Part shown: in pieces, positions 28,469 through 44,655 of the stretch | Position numbering within the stretch: position 1 is the stretch's first letter | Layout: every line of letters begins with the position of its first letter | Translations under genes and position numbers: made by a program | The notes under the pieces: generated by a model | What the model saw: the letters and a program-made list of their open reading frames with translations, nothing else | The model's database searches: none | What the model was told of the DNA's origin: nothing | DNA from: Octopus vulgaris | Lineage: Eukaryota | Direction: 5' to 3' | Assembly: GCA_951406725.2 (NCBI GenBank) | Contig: OX597840.1 | Coordinates: 31,310,001-31,374,000 of the forward strand | DNA: 64,000 bases

Positions 28469-28555
28469 AAATGCAAGCATGTAAATGTTTGTTTGTCTAT
28501 CTATCTATCTATCCTTCTGTCTGTCTGTCTGTCTGTTTGTCTATTTGACTGTCTA

Positions 28556-28615
<60 letters not shown>

Positions 28616-28616
28616 A

Positions 28617-28662
<46 letters not shown>

Positions 28663-28914
28663 AATGTGTATTTCTATGAATATAGGAGAATTTGTCTTTT
28701 AGCATATAAAATATATGTATATATACGTACGCACATGTGTGCGCGCACGTTTGTCCTCATCTATTTTAATCATTTGAAGTCTTCCCGTAAGGAAAGAGCT
28801 AGTTTCTAACAAACACACAAAGCTTCGTCGTTTGGAATAAAGATAACAAAAATCAAATAAACATTTTCAACTTTGAAAATTGTTGCCTAGTTTTACTGTT
28901 CTGCTTACAAGTTA

Positions 28915-29312
28915 CTAGCAGTATCGCCCGGCGTTGCTCGTGTTTGTAAGGGAAATAACTATATAAGCATTTTAGAGATGTAAAGTATAATAGCCATCTC
29001 AATATGGCTAACAACAAAGGGGGGGGTGTGTTACTGTAGATTTTTACGTTCTGAGATTTAATAATACATGTTTAGAGAGTTACTTCCCTTATATATGCCA
29101 AAAATGCATTAAAAATGGGAAAAATTGATGGTAATTTTATTTTTAAATCGTAGACTCATCGTAGACGCACGCTAATACCCAGAAGGGCTCGATATGAATC
29201 ACGACTATAAGATACCCGGTTTTGGTTAAACTGCACCGCAAAATATGGGAGTAGTTAGGAATCTAAATCGTAGGAGACAGACAGCACACAACCTCACTTT
29301 TATATATAAAGA
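28915..29312 (-). mobile_element. Non-autonomous Helitron (subfamily 2)
   Basis: a-ctagcagtatcgcccggcgttgctcg ... tatatataaaga-t; shares interior with 38546-38939. Confidence 0.75.
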
Positions 29313-29526
29313 TTTGCAATGCGCGACTTTCTGAAAACCCCAGCGTTTGCAGATTGGCATTTAGCATATTCTCTCAGAACCAAGCGCATCAATTATAAAT
29401 GACAGAAACGTGAGTTTATCTGCTTAGAGAAGCTGACGATTTCGAAGCAATTGTCCGTAGTTATCCTCTTTTGCTTTGGTTTTCGATTCTTGATTCTTCA
29501 ATCTATCTACTTCTACACACTCTCTC

Positions 29527-29564
<38 letters not shown>

Positions 29565-29679
29565 CTCCTTAATTCCTTTATTCCTCTTTTGCTCACTCTT
29601 CTCTTCTCACGTGACCGTTGGCCGACTGCTAGCTCTTTTGCGTTTGACTGTGGCCACTGCCACGTCGATATTCTTCCCT

Positions 29680-30273
29680 GCGAGCTGGCAGAAACATTAG
29701 CGCGCCGAGCGAAATGCTTAGCAGTATTTCGTCTGCCGTTACGTTCTGAGTTCAAATTCCGCCGAAGTCGACTTTGCCTTTCATCCTTTCGAGGTCGATA
29801 AATAAAGTACCAGTTTCGCACTGGGGTCGATGTAATCGGATTAATCCCTTTGTCTGTCCTTGTTTGTCCCCTCTATGATTAGCCCCTTGTGGGTAATAAA
29901 GAAATAGGTATTTCGTCTGCCGTTACGTTCTGAGTTCAAATTCCGCCGAAGTCGACTTTGCCTTTCATCCTTTCGGGGTCGATAAATAAAGTACCAGTTT
30001 CGCACTGGGGTCGATGTAATCGGATTAATCCCTTTGTCTGTCCTTGTTTGTCCCCTCTATGATTAGCCCCTTGTGGGTAATAAAGAAATAGGTATTTCGT
30101 CTGCCGTTACGTTCTGAGTTCAAATTCCGCCGAAGTCGACTTTGCCTTTCATCCTTTCGGCTCGATAAATAAAGTACCAGTTTCGCACTGGGGTCGATGT
30201 AATCGGATTAATCCCTTTGTCTGTCCTTGTTTGTCCCCTCTATGATTAGCCCCTTGTGGGCAATAAAGAAATA
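29680..30273 (+). mobile_element. SINE-B tail-type-2 trimer flanked by a 13-bp TSD
   Basis: gatattcttccct at 29667-29679 and 30274-30286; ~184-bp units. Confidence 0.9.
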
Positions 30274-30536
30274 GATATTCTTCCCTCTGCCGTAAGAATT
30301 AATTTCCATGCACGCCAGCTGAATTCAATTCGTCCCCAGTCGAAAACTGACATCTATTGACGGTCCCAAATAACAATATCTGGCCTGTTGCTGTTGCACA
30401 TGGTGGAAATTTTGATGAGAATATTACGCTAAATTCATTTTGCTGATGTTTCATTTCGTATTCAATAACAGGGGTGATCTCTGGCGCAGGAATGGGACAT
30501 GCTCCACATTTTTGATTGTATCGAATATATAGAATA

Positions 30537-30974
30537 CTAGCAGCATAGCCCGGCGTTGCTCGGGTATGTAAGAGCCCCTAGTAGGCAACGACTAATTCCA
30601 ATCTACTCCTTTACCTCTAGGGAACGAAGGCGCATGTGTCGGTTGCAATGTCTTCTCTTCATTCGAATACTTCTGTGTATACGATGTTCCTAGCTGTCCC
30701 TTTGGGCGATAAAATGGTCGAGTTGTGTCCCCTGGACAGAAAATGTGTTGCATATAAAAAGCTTAGATTCTCGACCCCATGTGGAATTTATTGATGTTTT
30801 TTTCAGAACTGGGAGAACTTTTCAAAATTTTCACTGCGTTAGTTTTGAATTATGACATTGGGCTATGTGTGTGTCAAGTTTCATCAGAAGCGGTTGAAAG
30901 CCGTGGTCAGGGTGAGGGTACAACCTGACAGACACAGAGACAGGCAGACAAACTGCCGTTTATATATAGAGAGA
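30537..30974 (-). mobile_element. Non-autonomous Helitron
   Basis: a-ctagcagcatagcccggcgttgctcggg end; 5' half shared with 18744-19125. Confidence 0.75.
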
Positions 30975-31241
30975 GGAAGTGCTCCAAGCCCTTTATGTAT
31001 ATATGTATGTATATATGTATGCATGTGTGTATGTATGTTTATATGTATGAATGCATGTATGTATATATGTGCATGCCTGTATGAATGTATGTATTTATGT
31101 ATGCATGTATGTTTGCATGCATATGTGTATGTATGTATGTATGTATTCATGCATGCATGTATGTATGAATGTATGTACGTACGTACGTACGTACACATGT
31201 ATATATCTATGAGTGTATGTAGGTATGCACGATGTATATAT

Positions 31242-31455
31242 ATTTCTTCACTGCCCACAAGGGGCTAAACATAGAAGGGACAGACAACAAGGACAGACAA
31301 AGGGATTAAGCCGATTACATCGACTCCAGTGCGAAACTGGTACTTTATTTATCGACCCCCGAAGGGATGAAAGGCAAAGTCGATCTCGGCGGAATTTGAA
31401 CTCAGAACGTAGCGGCAGACGAAATACCGCAAAACATTTCGCCCGGCGTGCTAAT
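31242..31455 (-). mobile_element. SINE family B, tail type 2
   Basis: Sequence match to family B. Confidence 0.8.
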
Positions 31456-31572
31456 GAATATATGCATGCGTATATGTATGTGTGTGTATGTATGTACGTA
31501 TGTATGCATGCTTGCATGCATATATGTTTGCGTGTATTTATGCATGTATGCATATATGAATGTATATATGTA

Positions 31573-31784
31573 CAGTAATCCCTCGCTACATCGCGCTTCA
31601 TCTATCGCGCACTTAGTACATCGCGGATTTTTCTAGCTTATATATATATATCTGTAAATATATATCGCAGATACCTTAGCATATCCGGGTTCTACGACCG
31701 ATAGGTATTTATATTTCCTTAGATTTTAATTATTTCTGTGGGAGGTTTTGGAACGTAATGCTCGCGACAGTCGATGATTTCCTG
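31573..31784. mobile_element. Degenerate pogo/Tigger-like MITE
   Basis: TA|cagtaatccctcgctacatcgcg at left; degenerate cgcga..cgatgatttcctg|TA at right. Confidence 0.55.
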
Positions 31785-31786
31785 TA

Positions 31787-31832
<46 letters not shown>

Positions 31833-31845
31833 CATATATATATAT

Positions 31846-31879
<34 letters not shown>

Positions 31880-32249
31880 CTATATATATATGAGTGTATG
31901 TATGCTTGTATACATGTATGCATGTATGTATGTATGTATGTATGTTTGTATGTATGCATGAATACATGTATGTATGTATTTATGTATGTATGTTAAGTAT
32001 GACTATGTATTTAATGTATGTATGTAGAATGCTTGGAACATTCCAGCATGAAAAGGCAATTCACATCGGAGCTGGCCCATCCTATTATATCCAACATTTT
32101 TTTGCCACAATCTTTATCCGCTTAGCCGTTGCGGTTAGACTTCTAAGCCTAATGCGTGAGATTGGACGGCGCGAGCTGAATATCACTTTAAATCCACTAA
32201 GCCTATCCAGTAAGGAACGCGATTGCAGCGTCGATGAACGGTTTACATA

Positions 32250-32770
32250 CCGTAAATCCTCGAGTATAACCGCATTTTTTTCCCAAAATGTAATGGTCAA
32301 AATCCCTAGTGCGTACTATATACGAGGTTAAAAATGAAAAATATTTTCTAAGCAATGTCCGAGTCTCTATTTGCTGTCCGGCAATGTTTATTCGGATGCA
32401 TTTTGTGATGTCGGGCGCGAAAATACCTTAAGCTAAGCCTGAAAGCAATGAAGTCATAAAAGAATCATCCATAACTTGCAGTAAGCAACATTTATTTTAA
32501 AAAAAGTATTCAGAACACAGAATAACATGTAACAAAAACAATTTGCAAACATATTTACATTCCCATATAACAGTTACGAACATCACCATTATTGTATTAC
32601 GCATGCGCGGAAGTGTTTGTTCGACTAGGTGTTGCTGGCTTAATTACGCACGACTCAAGTTAGAGAAGGGGTGCATATTATACACAAGGTTCAGGTTTTT
32701 CAGAAGTACAGCCCCCTAAAAGTCCTCTGTATATTATACTCAAGGGTGGACTATACTCGAGGATTTACGG
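32250..32770. mobile_element. Tc1/mariner (pogo-like) MITE, ~200 bp upstream of the TGF-beta exon
   Basis: TIRs ccgtaaatcctcgagtata/tatactcgaggatttacgg; TA TSD. Confidence 0.85.
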
Positions 32771-32960
32771 TAACCACGTAAAGGCATGTTGTTCATCTTC
32801 GTAATCTTTGAGCACAAAGAAACAGCCATAATTATGTATGTATTTATGTATGTATGTGTCATTCCTTTATTCTATCTCCCACAATCAGTTTTAAATAACA
32901 AATATATAAATATAATTTGTATATCTGCATATATATATATAAATATATACATATATAATC

Positions 32961-32974
32961 TTTTTTTTTTACAG
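32961..32974 (+). promoter_or_regulatory. Splice acceptor (polypyrimidine tract plus CAG) of the TGF-beta-family exon
   Basis: ttttttttttacag|GA immediately precedes the in-frame coding sequence. Confidence 0.8.
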
Positions 32975-35088
<2,114 letters not shown>

Positions 35089-35112
35089 AATACTTGGGGC
35101 CGGGAGACAAAC

Positions 35113-35150
<38 letters not shown>

Positions 35151-37139
35151 GTAATATTGATGATGACGATGATGATGATGATAACAAATTAAATCAAATT
35201 TAAAGAAAATAATAATTATAATAATAAAAATAATAATAAATAATAATAATAATGTCGTTGATTAAGATTAAGATGATGATAATGAGGAAAATGACGATGA
35301 CGATGATGATAATGATGATGATAATGATGATGATGGTGATGATGATAATTGTAAAAAAATGAAAAAATATAAAGGCAAAGAAGATAAAAGCAAAAGAAAA
35401 AAGAAAAAAAACCCAAATAAAACACGAAAGAACGATAAATGTGCAATGATAAGGAAACAGTTATTATTATTATGATGATGATGATGGTGATGGTGATGAC
35501 GATGACGATGACGATGGCATTTGATGTTATGTCGATTGGTGATAGTTACAGTGATAATATGTGTCAGTGTGGTCTATATATGCTTTACACTTGTTTTTTT
35601 TTTGTTAGTTTGTTGTTGTTATTGTTATTTTAGCCCCTGGTCTGGCCTGCCCTGATGAACGAACAACCAGCAAACCTTGGATCAAAGTCGATAACAGCCG
35701 TGAAAAAAAAAAAAAAAACCTGACTTTACATTTTTTTGTGTTTTTTTTTTCTTTTTGTGACACAATGTATTTTGGATTACAGGGCAAGATGTAAGACGTA
35801 AAAAAAAAAAATCAAAAATCAAAAAAATTCTAAAAAATGTGATTTATGGCAGATTTGGCTGCTAATTTTAGTGACTCAAGAATCCATGTAAAAGGAATCG
35901 AACTTTTTGTTGACTCGAAGACATTGCGATTTGAGCGGCACTTAACTGCTGTTTCATGCAAATCGGAAATGCCATATTGCAGACGGTTGACCTCTCCTTG
36001 AATCATATATGATATGTGAAGTCATTAGCGGGAGATTTAGCAGCTATTTCTGGAAGGACAAACGTCTATGTCGAATAAAATTGATTCTGTAAAGTGTGAT
36101 TGATCCAGTAAAGTGTGATTCAGGGTGAGGGATATATTTCGCTGCTATTTTTTGCAGATCGAAAATAAAAATTAAATCGAATTGATTGGTTCTTCTCGGG
36201 TGGTTTAGCGTATCTTTTGGGGGCACGTTAATTACTATTCCATGCCGGTCGAAATGCGATGTGGAACGAATCATTTCATTAGTTAACACAAATACGTTAT
36301 AATTTGAAAAGATTTTGGCTGCTATTTCTCTCAAACACACATACCACACAAAGGACCTACGGACCATTTTCTCAAGGACGATATGTTTAAGGGAGTTTAA
36401 TGGTCGCAGAACGTGCGCTCACGTAGTGGGCGGTTTGGGTCATGAAATACCTACATGCATACCTTCATTCATTATTGTTTGTGGTTTAGCTTCCAAGTTA
36501 CCTCAGGTCTGGCAGACTTACATACGGACACACTGACACACATATACACACACCTCTCGCACACACACACCTCTCGCACACACACACCTCTCGCACACAC
36601 ACACCTCTCGCACACACACACACAGAAAATGATATCCAGCCATAAACAGCTCCAAAACGGACTACATTATTTTCCAGTGGCTCCTTCATATGTTTAAGAC
36701 ACATGCTTGCTATTTCTAGGTGTACAAGTGACTGCATACAAGCACGCCTCAGAATTATAATATTTTATGATAATCAGGTTAAATTTACATATTGTTTGTT
36801 TGTTTGGTTTTTTTCCATCATCAGTGACAAGAAGGGATTGATAAAAGGGCAAGAACAGCAGGAGATATGGCAGCAGAAAGGGGAGGGCACAGAGGAGCGA
36901 AAGACAGAGAGACCCTAATAAAGCTTACCAGAGATGTATATGATTTATACAAAGGAATATTGGGTGTATGTCTATATGACAAGAATCTAGATGTTATTTG
37001 AAAAAGAAGACAAGAGGTGAACGTCTTAAAAATGGAAGGCAATACTCTATGGTTGCCGGATTGTCACATGTGCATGAGTGTGTGCTATATATATATACAT
37101 ACATATATACATACATATATACATACATATATATATATA

Positions 37140-37516
37140 CTAGCAGAATCGCCCGGCGTTGCTCAGGTTTGTAAGGGAAATAACTATAATGCATTTTTAG
37201 AGAGTTATAGCCAAAAAATAGCAAAAAAATGGAAAAAAAATGATGGTAAATTTTTTCTGGAGAGTTAAAAAAGGTCGAGTTGCGTCCCCTAGACAGTTTG
37301 TGGTTTGTGTTTCTGATTCTCGACCCCATGTCGAATTTATCGTTTTTTTTCAGAACTGGGGCAACTTTTCAAAATTTTCGCTGCGTTAGTTTTGAATTAT
37401 GACATTGGGCTATGTGTGTGTCAAGTTTCATCAGAATCGGTTGAAAGCCGTGGTCAGGGTGAGGGTACAACCTGACAGACACACAGAAACACACACAGAC
37501 AAACTGCCGTTTATAT

Positions 37517-37521
<5 letters not shown>
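37140..37521 (-). mobile_element. Non-autonomous Helitron
   Basis: Reverse-complement match to 18744-19125. Confidence 0.8.
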
Positions 37522-37591
<70 letters not shown>

Positions 37592-37752
37592 ATATATATA
37601 TGTTTGTATATAAATATATATATATGTACATATATATATATATATATATACATACATATATATATATATATATAAATATATATATTTATATATAATATAT
37701 ATATGTTTGTATATAAATATATATATATATATATGTACATATATATATATAT

Positions 37753-37824
<72 letters not shown>

Positions 37825-38032
37825 TCATGTACACACATATTTGCAAGCATGTGTCCACGTGGTTTCCAATTGTAACAATTACATGAAGCATAAAAAAAAC
37901 CCAGATAAAACAGTAACAAAGAAATAAAAAAAAAACATACTTATATTCAGGAAATAATGAAAAATATATGGTCGAAGGCCGTATCAAATTATTAAGAGAA
38001 AGATAAGCGATGTAATAATAATAATAATGATG

Positions 38033-38087
<55 letters not shown>

Positions 38088-38545
38088 TTTCATCTATTTT
38101 CCACAAGGGCGAAGGACGAGGGGATAATAACAATAATAATGTGTTTATTTTCATGGCCTACCAATATGTACAGTGAGTTTTGTTGCCCTAGGTGTTGGGA
38201 AGACACTCAGCAAGAAATGGAAACAAAATTGAAATAAGATGGTGATAATAATAATGATGATGATGATGATGATGATGATGATGGTGATGGTGTTGGTGTT
38301 GGTTTTTGTGTTGGCGATGATGGTTATGATTTTGTTTAATTTTTCATCTCCCTGCTTCAATGTATAAATGATCCAACATAGTGATATACAATTTTCGACA
38401 TTTATGTGTGTCTGTGCTTGTATGTGTGTTTATATGTATGCATACACACATATATGAATATATATATTTATTACTGCGTGTGCGTGTGTTTTATTTATAT
38501 GTACATTTATATGCATAGATATGTATACAGAAATATATACGTATA

Positions 38546-38939
38546 CTAGCAGTATCGCCCGGCGTTGCTCGGGTTTGTAAGGGAAATAACTATACAGCAT
38601 TTTTAGAGAGTTATAGCCAAAAAGTAGCAAAAAAATGCATTAAAAATGGAAAAAATATGATGGTAAATTTTTTTTAAAATCGTTGACTCATCGTAGACAT
38701 TTTTAGAGAGTTACTTCCCTTTAAAAAAATATGCATGAAAATGGAAAAAAATGATGGTAAATTATTTTTAAAATCGTAGACTCATCGTAGACGCGCGCTA
38801 ATACCCAGAAGGGCTCGATATGAATCACGACTATAAGATACCCGGTTTTGGTTAAACTGCACCGCAAAATGTGGGAGTAGTTAGGAATCTAAATCGAAGG
38901 GGACAGACACTCACACAACTACAGTTTTATATATATAGA
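38546..38939 (-). mobile_element. Non-autonomous Helitron (subfamily 2)
   Basis: CTAG plus hairpin end, ...tatatataga|t end; matches 28915-29312. Confidence 0.8.
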
Positions 38940-38962
38940 TATATAAAATAAATATAATAAAT

Positions 38963-39204
38963 ACGCCTTTTCAAAGCCTAGCCAGGTTGATGGGCCCTGT
39001 TTCCCGGTTTCTGCGGCATGTGTTCCCCCCAGCTGGAGGGGACGCCAGTCCATCGCAGCAATACTCATTTTTGCCAGCTGATGGGACTGGAGCAACGTAA
39101 AATGAAATGTTTTACTCAAGAACACGCGTCGCCCGGTCCAGGAATCGAAACCACAATCTTACGATCATGATGCTGACACCCAAAACACTAAGCCACACAC
39201 CTCC
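38963..39204 (-). mobile_element. SINE family D copy
   Basis: Matches 58611-59077 units. Confidence 0.8.
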
Positions 39205-39270
39205 ATACACACACACACAGACACTCACACACACACACACACACACAAAGGTGGCGAGCCTGCAGAAATG

Positions 39271-39815
39271 TTAGCTAGGGGTCATGATTTTCACCTGTCA
39301 TACTTACGGGGATCACGAAAAAGGCGTCAAAGTAAGGTTTGGAATTTGAGGAAACCAGAATTCTCATATCTATAAGAAACAATCTAGAAGATAAGTCCGT
39401 GGACTTTTCTTCATTCTATAGAAAATTTCATGGCTTCGTAACTTCAAATCCAGGCCAAATATTTCAATGTCCGCTTGGTATTTGTCAACACTCCGTAGAA
39501 ACAAAAATGGCGAATTTTAACTGCTTTCCTCCTCACGTTAATATCACATTAGCTAGGGTCATGATTTTCACCTGTCATACTTACGGGGATCACGAAAAAG
39601 GCGTCAAAGTAAGGTTTGGAATTTGAGGAAACCAGAATTCTCATATCTATAAGAAACAATCTAGAAGATAAGTCCGTGGACTTTTCTTCATTCTATAGAA
39701 AATTTCATGGCTTTGTAACTTCAAATATTTCAATGTCCGCTTGGTATTTGTCAACACTCCGTAGAAACAAAAATGGCGAATTTTAACTGCTTTCTTCCTC
39801 ACGTAAAAATCACAT
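39271..39815. repeat. Tandem duplication of a ~278-bp segment
   Basis: ttagctagggg/ttagctagggt-catgattttcacctgtc at 39271 and 39549. Confidence 0.85.
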
Positions 39816-39964
39816 TTATTCGAATATTGACTATCAGTGAATTTGTTAATCGATTCCAATTGAACCACATCAAAATCAATATCATCATTTCTGCTGATGA
39901 AAAAATCGATAGAGTAACAAAAATATAAATAAATAAATAAATAAATAAGGCCGGGAAAATATTT

Positions 39965-40730
39965 AAGGCGGCGTGCTGGCCAAATCGTTAGCATGCCGGG
40001 GAAAATAGTTTAGCGGTATTTCGTCTGCCTTTACGTTGTGAGTTCAAACTCCGCCGAGGTCGACTTTGCCTTTCATCCTTTCAGGGTCGATTAAATAAGT
40101 ACCAGTTACGCACTGGGGTCGATGTAATCGACTTAATCCGTTTGACTGTCCTTGTTTGTCCACTCAATGTTTAGCCCCCTGCGGGCAGTAAAGAAATAGG
40201 TATTTCGTCTGCCGTTACGTTGTGAGTTCAAATTCCGCCGAGGTCGACTTTGCTTTTCATCCTTTTGGGGTCGATAAATTAAATACCAGTTACGCACTGG
40301 GGTCGATGTAATCGACTTAATCCCTTTGTCTGTCCTTGTTTGTCCTGTCTGTGTTTAGCGCCTTGTGGGTAGTAAAGACATAGGTATTTCGTCTGCCGTT
40401 ACGTTGTGAGTTCAAATTCCGCCGAGGTTGACTTTGCCTTTCATCCTTTCGGGGTCGATAAATTAAGTACCAGTTACGCACTGGGGTCGATGTAATCGAC
40501 TTAATCCGTTTGACTGTCCTTTTTTGTCCACTCTATGTTTAACCCCTTGTGGGTAGTAAAGAAATAGGCATTTCGTCTGTCTTTTACATTCTGAGTTCAA
40601 ATTTCGCTCAGGCCGACTTTGCCTTTCATGATTTGTTGGTCAAAGAACCGGGTGGGTACTGGGGTCAAAGTAATCGACTTAGCTCCAACCCACCGAAATT
40701 TCAGGCCTTCTGCCTATAGTAGAAAGGATT
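39965..40730 (+). mobile_element. SINE-B array: three tail-type-2 units followed by a diverged tail-type-1 body
   Basis: Junctions ga(a/c)atagg(t/c)atttcgtctg at ~40193, 40377 and 40561. Confidence 0.85.
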
Positions 40731-41487
40731 ATTATTTGCTTCCTAAGATTAAATCTAGCTGTGGTCGATTTTGCCTTTTTGTCCTTTTAAGGGTACATAA
40801 AATTTTAAAAAATACCTATCAAGTACTTTCTTATCATGAACCCCAGCACTTATAAGATCGTAGCTTTCATGGCAGAGAGGTGAGAGCTATTAACAAAATT
40901 CTGAACGGAACGCCGGTTCTTGGTAGAATTCTCTTGAACTGATTTCTTGAACTGATTTACAGCTGATTGGACGGAAGTAACGTAAAATAAAATGCTTTGC
41001 TTAAAAACGCGGCACATCGCTCGGTTCAGAAATCGAAACTACAAAACTTAAAAGATGTGACTTAGGTTTGTAATGGGCCCTTGAAGTTTAAATCGGTTTC
41101 GATTGATATAGATAAATGTCTGGGATTTCAACGTCCTCCCATGGAACGGAACGCTGGTCCCTCGCAATGTTAGATTCCATGCTATTCCTGTGATTCAATT
41201 ACAGATGAGTGAGTTGGAGCAAAGTGAAAAAAAGTTCTTTGCTCAAGAACGCAACGCACTCTCCTATCAGGGAATCGAAACAACTACGTTGCGACCGTGA
41301 GTGCGACACTCCAACCAGTGACACTCTAACCACGAAGTCTTCAGACTGAAGTAGTAGAGTTCACAAAATAAAGTACAGTCATGTCTTAGGAACCAATCTA
41401 ATTGAGCAGACAGTTCCTATAAAATATTAGCTCTGGTGCTTACATTAAATTATTATTATTATTATTATGATTATTATTATTATTATT

Positions 41488-42042
41488 CAGTGAGAGAGCA
41501 TTGCATGCCATCAAAGTGACACTGGGGTAAAATATACGAAGCCCAATATACCCATCATGACTACCCGTCTGTTAAGGGTATACTAGGCACATGCATCACA
41601 ACCATATGTGCGTGACATGGTGATCTCATTTCAAGATAAACGACACATGACCTTGCAGGTGGGACCCAGTTAGAATTTTCTTCTGGTCGATTACTCCATC
41701 TCGCTCAAAAGGTCCCTGAATAAGGGTTGTTTAAGGATGTCGAACGAAACACCCATGTTTCCAAGGGTGAATTATTCAAGCCCCAAAGAATCCCTCTCAA
41801 CACATGGCTATGATGCTCCCCCACTACTTCTGCTCGTGATCAGAGATGCACATTTCGTCAGCCACTAAGGGACATGCTCAACTGGTTAAGGTCCAACAAC
41901 TGACAAGCAAATCTGTGGTATTGAGCAGAATATTTGCTGTAGCCCATCTTTTATACCAAGACAAAACAATGTACATGATAACACTTCCAATCAGTTAAGA
42001 TCAGAAGCCATGAGAGCCACTGCCTGGTACTGCATCAGAGCA
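41488..42042. mobile_element. ~550-bp (TAA)n-associated element, copy 3
   Basis: Matches 3848-4398; TTA flanks. Confidence 0.8.
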
Positions 42043-42599
42043 TTTATAAGTATTATTATTATTATTATTATTATCATCATCATCATTTTCATCATAATCG
42101 TTGGGAGTGGTGAGCTGGCTGAATCGTTAGCACGCTGGACGAAAAGCTTTGCGGTATTTCGCTCGTTGCTCCGATCTGAGTTCAAATTCCGTTGAGGTCG
42201 ACTTTGTCTTTCATCCTTTCGGGGCCGATAAAATAATCATCCCCTCCTCAAAATTGCTGCTGTTGTGGAAAAATTTGAAGCTAAAGGCGGTGAGTTGGCG
42301 GGTTTGTTAGCACGCTGGACGATATGCTTAGCAGTATTTCGCCCGTCGCTTCGTTCGGGGTCGATAAATTAAGTACCAGTTGAACACGAGGGTCGATTTA
42401 ATCGACTCAGCCCCTCCCCACTAATTTCAGGCTTTGTGCCTGTCGTAGAAAGTATTATTGTTGATATTACATTTATTATTATTTTTACAATTATTATTAT
42501 TATTATTATTACAATTATTATTATCATTATTGTTGTTGTTGTTGTTGTTGTTATTGATACCCGTATTATTCGTGGTTTTGAGTTTACTTTTAAAAAAGA

Positions 42600-44085
42600 A
42601 TATGACGAACGTTTTAGATAACAAATCTAAATTGTTCGAAGTTTAAGAAAATATTCATTGTTGACAATAATGCTTATGGTTTTAAAATATCCAATGTTAA
42701 AAAAATGTTGGCAAAATGGTTGGCAGAAAGATGTTTATGACGTAACAAATTGCTGGTTAACAAAAATTGTCCACGGTTAACAAAAACGATAATGGTTGGC
42801 ATAAAAATACTCATAAGAAAAATATTCGTGGTTAATAAAAATGCTCACTGTGAACAAAAATTGTTTATGGTAAACAAAACATTTTCATGCTTAACACACG
42901 TTTGTGGCTAACGAAGCATTTTCATCGTTAAACAAAATGTTTGCGTTTAAGAAAACATTTTCACGTTAACAATATTTATGTTAAATGCACATGGCTATTC
43001 ACTTTTAACAGGAAAAGGTTTATGGTTTTGAAAGCATTTTTATTATTAACAAAAATATAAATGGTCAAAAATCATATTCATTGTTAACAAAATGTCGATG
43101 GTTAACAAAAATTCTATATTGTTAACAGAGATGTTCAATTGAAGAAAAACCAATTTGATTGTTAACAAAAATATTTATGGCTAACGATAATCTTTTTGTT
43201 AGCACGAAAATATTTATGGCGAACGAGTAATTTTTATTTTTAATAAGAATGTTTGTGGTTAAGAAAAATGTTTGTTGTTAACAAGAAATGTAGTTAACAA
43301 AGTGTTTCCGTTGTTTGGTTCAGAAGAAATATTTTTGTTAAACAAAACATTTTATTGTTAATAGAAATATTTATGGTTAAGAAAAAAATTTTCACGTTAT
43401 CAAAAATATTTATGATTAAAAACATTTGTTTTATAATTGAACAGAAATGTTCAAAACTATTAAAATATGTTAAATTTTAGCAGAACGTATTAATGGTTAA
43501 ATAACTATTTTATTGTTAACAGGAATTTTCAAAGTTAGTAAAAGTGTTTAATATCAAAGGCAGATGCTCATTATTAAAATATATTTTCATTGATAACAAA
43601 ATGTTTATGTTTAACAGAAATGTTCCAAGTTCACAAAACCTGTTCATATATAAGAAAAATATTGCTTAACAAAAACGTTCAATTGTTAACATAAAAATTT
43701 AATGGTAACAAATCTGTTTATCTTTACCAAAAAATGAAAAGTTAACACATTACGCTCACGATTAACGGAAATGTCCTGGGTCAACGGAAACGTTCACAGC
43801 TTACAAAACGTTTTAAACCTCAATGAGAAGGCTAAGAAAAATATGTTAACGGTTAATAAAAATCAAATGTTCAACGTTAATGAAAATATTTACGGTTAAC
43901 AAAACGTGTTCAGGGTCAGCAGAAGGATTCACAGTTTACGAGGATATTGTTGCTTAACAAAAGACAAAACATATATAAAATGTTCAATGTTAAAATGTTA
44001 AATTTAAAAATAAGTGTTCACGATTGCTAAAGATGTTTATGAAACGAAAACGTTAACGAAAATCATGACGGTTAACAAAATTATT
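42600..44085. repeat. Highly degenerate ~20-22-bp minisatellite (consensus approximately ATGGTTAACAAAAATGTTC)
   Basis: GTTAAC/GTTAA followed by A-tracts recurs at roughly 21-bp spacing over ~1.5 kb. Confidence 0.7.
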
Positions 44086-44095
44086 ATCATTGTTG

Positions 44096-44150
<55 letters not shown>

Positions 44151-44278
44151 CGCATTTTAAAAATTGATGTTCATACCCTAATATCGTATTACCTTCATAA
44201 AAATACTGATGCTACAGCAGAGTAAGAGAAACCTGGAAAATATTCCAAACTTTTTCTCTATGTATTTATTTAATTCTG

Positions 44279-44372
<94 letters not shown>

Positions 44373-44572
44373 TGTTTTAAAAAAAAGAGGCAACTTGTTT
44401 TTCGCTTCTCTTTGATATGTGTACGAAGTGTATTTTTTGAGAAAGAAACCCTGGGTGAGCGAAAATGTATTATGTTTGTAAGGACCTATGTATGTATATA
44501 ATATGCATTGTAAAATATTGTATAAGCTCTGACTATTTACTGTTCATTATTCTTCATTGATATTTAAACTCG

Positions 44573-44655
<83 letters not shown>

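Noticed and set aside
32085-32829. Minus-strand ~74-aa ORF restored if the pogo MITE is removed (MAVSLCSK...KKCWI)
   Set aside because: Short, with no recognisable motif or splice support; compatible with chance.
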